From Setoptus koraiensis (lineage: Eukaryota > Animalia > Arthropoda), in assembly GCA_048013815.1 (NCBI GenBank), contig CM106585.1, forward strand, positions 13,144,001-13,208,000: a stretch of 64,000 bases of DNA, in the 5' to 3' direction. A model generated the notes under the pieces. The model saw only the letters and a list, made by a program, of their open reading frames with translations. It was not told where the DNA came from and did no database searches. Positions 26,501 to 36,781 of the stretch are shown piece by piece (positions within the stretch are counted from its first letter, which is position 1; each line of letters starts with the position of its first letter). The translations under genes were made by a program, and so were the position numbers.

Positions 26501-28216
26501 CGTGTGGGCGTCAATTTAAGCCTCTTGACTGGACAACTTATCATCGATGAGCCGACTGGACAACTTATCATCGATGAGCCGCCCACTGGCCAGTCACTCG
26601 AGACTCGCCAACACGCCAACACGCTAACGCGGATTGGCTGCCATTGGGGCCCGGCCAGCCGCCCATGCACGCGCATTGAGTGGGGCCCGTCTAAATAATC
26701 TCTTTTTTCAGGCCTTGATTATGTAATCGGCAACAATTGACGCATTATTATTGCGCGCCCAACTGATTGCTCGCTGCGTCGGTGTGTGTGTGTGTGTGTC
26801 CATTGATCATGGTGTCATCCGATCAAATAAGCAAAATATCGGCCCAAATAAAGCCAGCACAATATTATACTCACACTGTGTAATGTATATAGTGGGTGTA
26901 GTATTGAGTGGCGCCAAGAGAGGACGGGCCAAACGGATAAATGGCCGCTGCCCAAACGGACAGATCGCCGCTGCCCGAACGGACAGATCGCCGCTGCCCA
27001 GACGGGACGCAATGACGGGCCGGCGAACGGATCATTCAAGTCGGACGGCGATGTAAAACGATAATGTTGCTGGCCGAGTTAACGACTGCGCCATAAATGC
27101 GATTTTGGCAAACAACCATGGGCGCGCCAGATCGACAGATACGTATTACGTAACGACGTTTCTGCTTGTCTGGCTATTTGGCATTTTTCGTCTTTCCGGC
27201 GGCCGACTTAAACTGTTGTTGTTGCTGTTGCTGTTGTTGTTGTGCCGATTTATGCCATGCTTTATGGTTGGAAAAATTGTCGATATTACGAGGAAGAATC
27301 TAGCGCGCAAGCAGCTTAACAATCTATATTTATTCTTTCTATTTATTCTTTGTTTTGCTCGCTCAATTTTTGCCATTTGCGCGCGCGGCAATTTCTCTCT
27401 CCCTCTCGCTCCCTCTCGCTCCCTCTTGAGCCGCTTGCACACTTCTGGCGCTGGCACTGGCTCGCTTTTTGCGCCGCGCCAAACGTTGAATGTCGGCCAA
27501 GATGGCGCCCCTCAATCATAGGCACGAGGCTTGCTTGAAAAACGGCATTCAAGCCAGATCAGGCCAGATATTGTGTGCGCGGCGCGGGCGGATTTAGCCG
27601 CACAATATCGCGGGCAATAGCGGCCAGCGGCCGGGCAGCTAAGCTGGCAAATAAACAACGACGTTACTTTTGGTGAAGCGCCCGCTTTGGGACGCGCCAG
27701 AGAGCGGCCAAAGCGGTGAAGCTGAAGCGCGCGGGCACATTAACGGAATAGGAATGGCCAGATTAGCGACCGTTTGACAACAGCGAACGGGCCCCGGCTG
27801 GCTGGCTGGCTGGCCGGTGTTGGCGACAAACCGTTGGCTCGGAATCGCCTCTTGCGGATATGTTTTCGGCTTGCCCGGTCACTTGGTCAGCGACTGGCAA
27901 TGCCCGACTAATGCGACCGCCGGCCGGACTGAAAAACGGGCAAGCGCACAAGCGCACAAGCGCACACACGGGCAAGCGGCGAGCGGACGGACGGATGGAC
28001 GGGCGAACGGGCGAACGTAGGCGCGTTTCGGGCGGGCACACGTTTGTTTGGGGCCCGGCGAAAAGTCAAGTTGGTCACTTGTTCGCGATGGCGCATCAAT
28101 TGTGACTAGAAGTGGCACTGCCCAGAGCGAATCAGTGCCCCCTCATCCATCAGTGCTGGTCACCGTTATTGTTGCCGCTCGAATTGGGGCTCCCAGTGGC
28201 TCGATGTTCGGGATGC

Positions 28217-28955
28217 CAGTGGGCGAACATTCACAAACAATCCGGCAAAAAGCACACAAACAGACGAGATCGACACCGACAACAAGACCACTCGTTGCCA
28301 CCATTTTCTGGCCAGCGCCTAGTTCAACTTATTCACGCTCGAGGCGCTGCGGTGTCTTGATAAATTATTTCGTCGGATCGTGCCACGATCCGACTTTTTG
28401 GGAAATCTCGTTCGCTGCAAAAAGTCTCGCGCAAACTGCAAGAATTTTCCAATTGTTTTTGCCAAATTATCCAAAAGTTTATTTTGGCCCAAAGTCGTGG
28501 CAGCACCGACAATAACGAGCCAACAATAACTCTGGCGAATTGGTGTGAATTGGCCAGCTCGCTCTAGAGCCGGCGAGCGCTGACAGCGCCGACCAAGGCG
28601 AGGCCACACAATGGGGCCCATTTGGTCCCATTTGGTCCCATTCAGCGAGAAGCCGGAGAGGGCGAGAGAATGGGAGCGAGTGGGAACGGGCTCGTGACTC
28701 GGTCAAGTTTGCGCTCACGATGCACAGAGATTTATGTGGGGCCGGCAGGTTTACCTAGTGGCTGGCGCTTAGCGAGTTGGTTGCTTAAAAAAGGATTCCT
28801 TCGAGCAGAACAGATTCTCTAATGATTGAATGGGGGCGCACCAATCATTGAGAGCGCGACTCGTGATCCGGTCGCGGCCTTTCGGGCGCCCCAAAGTGCC
28901 CCCGAACGCGCGCTGAAAGCGAACGCTGTTGTTCAACGAGAGCTGTAGGCTTTTG
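28217..28955 (+). pseudogene. Decayed mariner-family (DD34D) transposase
   Basis: Motifs appear in mariner order with frameshifts: QW (28217), QKAHKQTRS..VATIFW (28309), GVLINYF (28351), H/DN (28508), TLANWCEL, DSADQ (about YSPDL, 28582), (HL)FGP, LKKDSFEQNRFSND (28785-28826) and LFNES. There is an insertion at about 28640-28780. No TIRs were found. Confidence 0.5.
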
Positions 28956-31900
28956 GCTGCACATTTGTGCGGCGCTAAATTACTACAAAATTTGGCAGTG
29001 GCGCACAAGCTTGAAATGGGGCGCCCGCTTGCCAGGGCACACAAAGCTTGTGAGCGGCCACTTTGGGGAAAACAAATAATCGCGCACGAGCGGGCCAAAT
29101 TCGATTGTTAACGGCGGGCCCCGAAGAATAATGGACATTTCATGGGCCGACTGCGGGCCCATGAAACGTTGGCTCGCGACTTTCGAACGCCGACTGGCTG
29201 GCGAACTGGCTGGCGAAGCGGCGTCGAGCGGGCCCCACCGGCTTCGCGCTGGCTTCGAAGCGGCGAAGAGGCCGCTCAGCCGAAATGGCTCTGATGACAT
29301 TAGTTGGATTTAAATTTGTCGTTGGGCGCCGTTTTTGCGAAAGTCAACTACAAGTTAATAGCGTGACTGGGCCGCTCACATCCTCTCGGCGGCTGTGGCG
29401 TGTTTTATTTCCAATTGGCTCGCCCGCTTCGTCGGCGAGTCGCAGTTCGAGAGCGAGCTCCTATTGGGGCCCACTTTGGCGTGCCTGGCGCGACTGGCGA
29501 CTGGCGCCAGGCAAAAGGCAGAGTCGCCTGGTGTGTGTCCACACCAGAAAAGCAAACGTCTTGGCGCTGCTGTCGCGAGTGGGCAAGTCGAGCCAGAATT
29601 AAAAGGGCCCCACAACTCGGAGCTGGCCAGGCGTGTAGGTGTGCGTGTGTAGGTGTCCTATTCTAATTCAATCAACTTAGTAGGCACACCTACGCTAGGC
29701 GGCAGCACACAGCGGGCCGAGTGAAGCGGCGAGAGCAGCCACCAACAATATTTCTCATGTATTTATGCTGCCGTTGCTGCCGTTGTTGCGTAATATGCTG
29801 ATAAAGCCGCCAAAACGGCTGAATTGGCAAGACGATTTGGCGAGGCGCGCTCGCCGGCATTTCGGTTAGCCGGTGACTGGAGCGAGTGCCGGCATTAGTA
29901 GTTATCGTTATAACGAGATCAACAAAGCGCCCCAGCGCCCCAGCGACACACTCCGATTGGCACTGGTGGCGAGAGTAAACAAACGGAGCCAGCTACTCAT
30001 TTGCAACAGAATATGCCCGGCTCGTTCTTTATTCTTTTCATTCGTTGCCCTTTCTTCGCCCCCTGTCGGCGCTCTCGGCCGGCTCTCACCTGGTGCGTGC
30101 GTGCGTGCGTGTGTGTGTGTGTGTTTGCGGCACCTCTAGCTATGGCCTCTAGATATATAGGCACACACGCACACGCACGCCGACGCGCGCGCGCTCACAA
30201 ATCGCTCGCGTCGCCTCGTTTCCTGTTTGTGTTGCCGGCGCAAATGATCTTACAATGCGCCCCCCCCCTCGCCCCTCAACATACAGCCTCAACATACAGC
30301 AGCAGAGTACAGCAAGGGCGGCATATAGGCAGCGTGTGCCGCCGCGGATAATAGTCATGTGCAGTCAATTTAATGGTGGCAACGGTTGCGTCATTGTTGT
30401 TGCTCGCCGGCCAGCGACACCTAGCCGCTTGTCTCATCTGGTTGTGCTGATAGACAAATAGAGGCGCACGCACACGCGACAGTCGGGGCCCCAATGAAGC
30501 CCCACCGAGCGTCGGCTATTGTTCGACTGTGCAGGGGGCGGCACAATTTAAATAAATGCGCTGCGCGCAACGACAGCCAGCGCCTCACCGATAACCGGCG
30601 CAACAACGCCGGCACAATAACGGCACAACGACCGCACAAGTCGCCTTCCGTTCATTAATTGGCTTATCTCGATACTGTGCCGGCGCGCAATTGTGTCCGC
30701 GTGGGCCCTTATCTCGATACTAACCGGCGCGCACAGGTTAGTTGGCCGCGCACCGGAGACAGGTGCAATATGGCCGCCGCGGCGTATATGACACCGGCAT
30801 ATATGACACCGGCCTATGTGGCACCGGCGTATGGGGCACCGGCGTATGGGGCGCCGGCGTATGGGGCACCGGAATACCCGAATATCGGTGTATCTGGCAA
30901 CGTACGTATAAGTACGTGTGTGTGTGCGGCTCACATTTTAATAAAACATAAATAGCTACTTACTGGCGTGATGCGGCGCTGGCAGCGCCGCCGCCGCCGC
31001 CGATAAACTAACGATAAACTAACGATAAAGTAACGGGATTATTGCGCGCCAGCCAGATTGCCAATTTGTTGTTTGTTGGAATATGCGTTTGGCTGGCTTT
31101 GGATTATGTTGCAGATGGCGTTGGTGGCAACTGGAAAACATAACTCGCTCGCGCGCACACTTGCCACGGGCAATGGGGCCCCCGGCCGAGGCAGCCGCGA
31201 GCCGATGGCCGACAGTGGGTGCCGGCGACAGCTACACGGGCTACGTGGTGGCGCCGGCTAGACAGCGCCACTGGCCGTTAATAAGATAAAATAGTTTGCG
31301 ACCGCTGGCAATATGTTTGCGCTCGCTTACAGATAATGCCTGATTGTTTGGTCAAGGTGACTGTGCCAGCTCGACAGTCACAATCAGCCACACAAACACC
31401 GGTCGACATTGGATTGTTTGGGGCCCATTGTTTGTGTGCACTCGCTGCGGCTCCAACTGGGGCTCCGGCTCTGACTGGGGCTCTGGCGTTAAGCGCGCGC
31501 ACTAAATAGTGCCGGTTAATGGTGGCGCAAATTTAATCGAGACAGCCAGAGATACTGCCGCTAAATACCGCCAGAGGTACCGCCGAAGCGGGCCGGCCAA
31601 GAGGAAACGGCAACAACGACAGCAACAACGACAGCAACAACAACAGCGACAACAACAGCGACAACATCAGCACAACAGCAACAATAGCGACAACTCGCGC
31701 ACACAGGTGGAGCTGCACTAATCCAGTTTAATTCAATTACATAATATAAATAAACTTGGCTTGTTATTTTTCCCCCTCGCCCCTCGCCCCCGCCCTCTCT
31801 CTCTCTCCCTCTCTGGCGCTCGACGACGCGCTCCCTCTCTGGCGCCCGGCCCGTCGGGCCGCGCTCGACGAAGCGCTCCCATCTGGCAGCGGCGCGCCGG

Positions 31901-32442
31901 CACTCAGCCCGGCGCGCACAACATTAGCCGGCCAACATTAATTTGTGCGCCCGCTTTGTATTATTGATTGTTGCTGTTGCCGGCAGTGTCTCTCAAGTTT
32001 AAGTAGTTGATATATAGAGTTAATTAGGATCTCACTCTGTCTCTGTCTATTAATTCCGTGCATCCGGCGGGGCCAATATTAATGCAACGAGGGCGACAGT
32101 GCGCGTTTATATGTGCGCGTATACAAAATAAAATCGCGCCCGTGTGCTGACTGGCTTTTTATCCGCTACACAAACCAGGCCGAAACGGGGGCCAAAACGG
32201 GCCCCGAAACGGGCCCCGAAACAAACCCAGAAACACAAACAAACGGCTGAACAAATGCGCAAATTAACAAACATGCGCCAGCACAAATAAACAAACGACG
32301 GGCTTGTTTTTTGCCCATTTCGGCTTGGCGAGACACCGCGCCGCGCCGCCCCGCACCGTCTTGCCAGTGCCCTGGGTGCAATCAAGGTGCGCAACGCAAT
32401 AGTTTGCTTACTCATTGATTATTAAGTGAAGGTGATAATAGA

Positions 32443-32448
32443 TTTATT
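32443..32448 (-). promoter_or_regulatory. Candidate polyadenylation signal AATAAA of the receptor 3' UTR
   Basis: tttatt on the plus strand, about 680 nt downstream of the stop codon. It is the first canonical hexamer I found there. No transcript evidence. Confidence 0.25.
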
Positions 32449-33031
32449 TGTGTTGTTTGTTACATTTGGGCGCGCACACCCACACAAATAGGGTACAATA
32501 TGTTGCTTGCTTGTGTAATTGTTGTTGGCGTCTCCCGTCGTTAATTAGTGGTGGCGCCGACGCTTCCGCTTCGCTCCAAATGCGCGCCGCTCCATACATA
32601 CACATGACCATATACATGTGACAGATAACACGGGACAGGATAATTGTGTGTGTGTGTGTGTGTTATAAATATGCTACGCCTACGCAATTCCGCTCACCTG
32701 TCGGTCGGCGGCGGGCGCGCGGCTCTTCAGCGAGGCTTGCCCAAATACCCGGATGGGGCCGGATTCGAGCGGCCACTGACATTTGTTAGACAAATTTTGT
32801 TTATCATGGGTGTGCTTGTTACAATTGAGTGTTTTGCTTAATTATCACATACGTATATGTACACAGATATATCCGGCATATATCGTCGTTCAGTGCGTTG
32901 CTGTTGCGTTGCAAGAGAGAGCGCCATTTCGGCCATTTCGGCCAACTCGGCCAATTCGGCCAACAGCGGCCAGCTGCTCAAGTTATTTGAATCAAATAAC
33001 AACAAATACCCTTGCCGCGGCATATCCGACG

Positions 33032-33089
33032 CGGATAATCCGCGCTAGGATTATCCGAGCGATGGGGCCCGCTCGTTTCGGGCCCCATC
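33032..33089 (-). other. Two adjacent perfect stem-loops immediately 3' of the receptor stop codon
   Basis: 33061-33089 is gatggggcccg/cgggccccatc (11 bp, 7-nt loop). 33032-33057 is cggataatcc/ggattatccg (10 bp, 6-nt loop). Confidence 0.75.
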
Positions 33090-33121
33090 AGAGTTTCTCA
33101 GAGTGCCAAAGTGCCACCAAA

Positions 33122-36100
33122 TCACGAGTTGGTCACCAGACCGATCTCCTGAGTGGACCGGTAGGTGCAGTTGTAATGATTGTCGTTGGGCCTGTTCACG
33201 CGCAGACATTTCAGATCCTTGCAACAGCAAAACATCCATTGCAATGTCTTCTTGAAGGCATCGCGAAATTCACTATTGAAGTAGGCATAAATGAGCGGAT
33301 TGAGGGTAGAGTTGAAATACCCAATCCAAAACAGTATTGTCACCATAATGCGGGGCACGATGCCCTCGCAGTGCTTGCCGCAAACGTGCATCGAGGTGTA
33401 CCAGCTGAAGAAGGGCAACCAGCACAATATGAAGGCACCCATGATAATGCCCAGGGTCTTGGCGGCCTTGTGCTCGCGCTTCATTTTGCTGATGCTCCGC
33501 TTGGTGGGCGTAGACTGACCGCTCTCGCAATCGTCGTTGTTGTGCTGTTGTTGCTGATGTTGTTGCTGCTGTTGTTGTTGGTGTTGTTGGTGCTGTTGTT
33601 GATGCAAATTGGCTTGGTGTTGTTGATTGTTGTTGTTGTCGTTGCCAACAATCAGCGGGCTGCACTGTTGCTGCGTGACCGCGTCGCCGCCGCCGCCCGT
33701 ATTGTTGTTGGTTCCGGACACCATTTCCATGTTGGCCGCACCGGGTGCCGGGTTGCCGGTTGTTGTGCCCGTCGACAGCTCGTGCTGGCTGCGGCTCAGC
33801 CCGACCGCGCAGCCCGTCGGCGTGCTGGGTCCCGTGTAGGCGTTTTGGCTCAATAGGAGGGCTGTTTGGCTTGCTTGGCTGGTGGCGCCAACGGTGTTGC
33901 CGCTTGTGGCGGCCGATGTCGCCGTTGAGGCATCGGAGGTGTGCCTGGGCAGGGCCGCGTCGCTGGGATTTGCGCCAGCGGGCCGGCCGCTCGCCAAATG
34001 TTGGCCCGGCTGGTGGTAGTGAACGGCGGGCTCCACCTGGCCGCCGCCGCCGATTGTGGTGGCCAGCGAGGGCGTGTTTGAGGGTCGATGGTGCGCGGTT
34101 GGCGCGCCCATTTGCACCGAATTTGCCGCTTGTTGGTTGTTGTTGCGCTGCATTGGCTGCTGCTGCGGGTTGCGGTTGGCCGCGGTCAGCGCGGACTGAG
34201 CGGGCCCGCTGGCCGCGGACAGGTGAGTGGCCGCCGAGACGGACTTTGAGCGGTGCTGCTTGTGTTTGTGCTTATGCTTGTGCTTGTGCTGCTGATGGTG
34301 GTTGCCGTGGTGCGAGTGATGGTTTGGCGCAATCATCTTCTGAGTTTTGTAAATAAACTTTTCCTGTCTTGTGGCCTCAACGTAAATGCGCCAGTAAATG
34401 AACAACATTATGCAACAGGGTATCCAAAACGATATGGACGACGACACAATGGCGTACACCCGATTCACAACAAACTCGCACTCGTACGGGTGCCGCACGC
34501 GGTACTCTAAGTGGTCCGAGGTAGTGTACCAGCCATTAAAGATGGGTATGTAGGACAGCAACGCCGAGCTTATCCACACAATGGTCAGCATTATCACCAC
34601 GGTCTTGGTGGTGATTTTCATGGGATAATCCAGGGGGCGCATAATGGCGTAGAAGCGATCTATCGATATGCAGCATAGATGCAGTATGCTCGCGGTAGAG
34701 AACAGTACGTCGCACGCTGACCAAAAGTCACACACCCACTGATTGAATATCCAGCGGCCCGACAAAATAACGCTTGCGTTAAAAGTCATAGCGAACAGCG
34801 CCACCAAAATGTCAGCGCACGCCAGCGACACCACAAACCAATTTGTGGTGACGCGCAACTTCCTGTGCCGACACACGGACAATATCACCAGCGAGTTACC
34901 GAAAATGTCGCCCACTATTATTGCGGCCACTATGAAAAATGTCAAACAATAGAGCATCTGATCGGTGACATTCATTTGGCCGAACGACAGCTCCACGGGC
35001 TGCCGGTCGTCCGCTTGCGCGCCCTCCGACCGGTTGCCGTTGTCGGCCGCGAAGCTACGGTAGCCCGCCGACGCGTTATCGGCCCGCTGCTCGCCGCCGC
35101 CGCCGGCACTCGTCACTTCCGCCAGACCCGCGGCTAACTCGCCTGGGCCGGCGCCGCCCTGCACGGCCGCCTGGCCCAAGTCACCTGGCGGCGACAGGTA
35201 GCTGATTGTGGGCGCGTTCTGGTTTATGGTGGCCATGACGGCATTGTTGAGGCCCGCGTTGTCGTCGTAATAGAAACCGCTGGACGGCGCTGCCGGCAAC
35301 TGCTGCTGCTGCTGCGGCTGGTCCAGCTGACGGCGGGTCATGGCGGCGCTCGTTGGGCCAGTCGGGGCGGCCAGTCGCAGCCGCTTGAGCGGTTGGCCCG
35401 AGTGGCCGGCGCGCGACTCCGCAACAATATGCTGCCGTAAGTCGTCGTAATGGCCGCTCCATCTGGTTGGTGCGGTTGAGCTGTTGTTGTCGTCGGTGGC
35501 GCCGGCCGTGCCGTTCAGCCGCATTCTTGTCTCCGCTTGGGCCGCCTCGGCGGCGGCCAGTTGTGCGCCGCACCGGAAATGGGGCAGCCATTCAGGCGTC
35601 AGGGGGCCCAGGGCGGCAGGCCGCTTGTGGGTGTTTGGCACAAGCAAGAGATCAAACAAGCACAACAACAGCGCGTATATCAACAGTTTTTGCAGCGCCA
35701 ATCTCTTGCCGGCGTGTCCGCCACTTCCGGTTGTCGTGGACCATCGCCGAATGGTGTCCGGCTGATATCTGGCCGGCGCCCCATTGTTTCTCATCTTCTT
35801 CGCGTGCTTGCCACCGATTGATTGGGGCCCGTCGTTTTTGCGCTTCTCAGTTTTGTTGTTGTCAGTGTGTTGAGCCGGCGGCGCCTTGATAGCAGTTGCT
35901 CGAGCGGACAGCGTTCGCTGGACGGAAGTTGGCCCACTATTCACTGGGGTGCTTGTGGCGATCGCCGTCGTTGCGGTTGTCGGTGGTGGCGACAGTGAAG
36001 TCGTTGAGTGGGTCGACTCGTGCGACTGTGGACTAGATCGTTGTTGTTGTTGTTGTTGTTGTTGCTGTTGTTGCCGCTGTTGTTGTTGTTGTTGCTGCTG

Positions 36101-36708
36101 TTGATGTCGTTGTTGCCAGCCGCACACTTGTTGACCGGATAAATCAGGCGCGGTCTGCTCGTTGCTGCAACTGGCCGTGGATGTAAGCACGTTCTCGAAC
36201 CGGAAGTTGGAGGCCGCTGCCTCGTTGCTTCTCGCTGTTGGTGTCCATTGCGCTGCAGTGGCACGGCGTTTTTGTGATGCTGATGCTGTTGTTGCTGTTG
36301 TTGTTGCTGTTGTTGTTGTTGTTGTTGTTGTTGTTTTTGCTGTTGTTGTTGCTGCTGTTGGAATGTTGTCCGTTATCACTTTGTTACTATCACTCTTGAG
36401 AAGTGTCGTCGACGACGATAGCGGCGGCCAAGACGACGGCGACAGAGAACAACGATTGACAACAAATGGCATTCCGACTATGCCGTCATCTCTAGTTGTT
36501 TGTGAGCCTAGCGGACGACAACAAAAGCTCTGTTTGCCAGCTCTATTCGTTATTATGTGTGTATTGCAGTGTTTTTTCAACTTTTCACCAATTGTCAGTG
36601 GCGCTGTTACATGACGTCGACCGCTGCTGTCACTGCTGCACTCACATTGGCCAGGTGAGATCCGGAGGGGCCAACAACGACAGGTCGTTGTTGTCGTTCG
36701 CCCATTTC

Positions 36709-36741
<33 letters not shown>

Positions 36742-36744
36742 GTT

Positions 36745-36781
<37 letters not shown>

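Noticed and set aside
28372-28399. Hairpin plus T-run as a rho-independent terminator
   Set aside because: Eukaryotic DNA, and it lies inside a putative mariner remnant; counted only as a hairpin.
33055-33100. SECIS element after a TGA stop
   Set aside because: The loop has AAA, but the 3' side pairs Watson-Crick (ATC) instead of forming the non-canonical GA quartet, and there is no selenoprotein context.
32783-33856. 357-aa plus-strand ORF
   Set aside because: Antisense shadow of the receptor's TM6-TM7 and repeat-rich loop; no recognisable domain.
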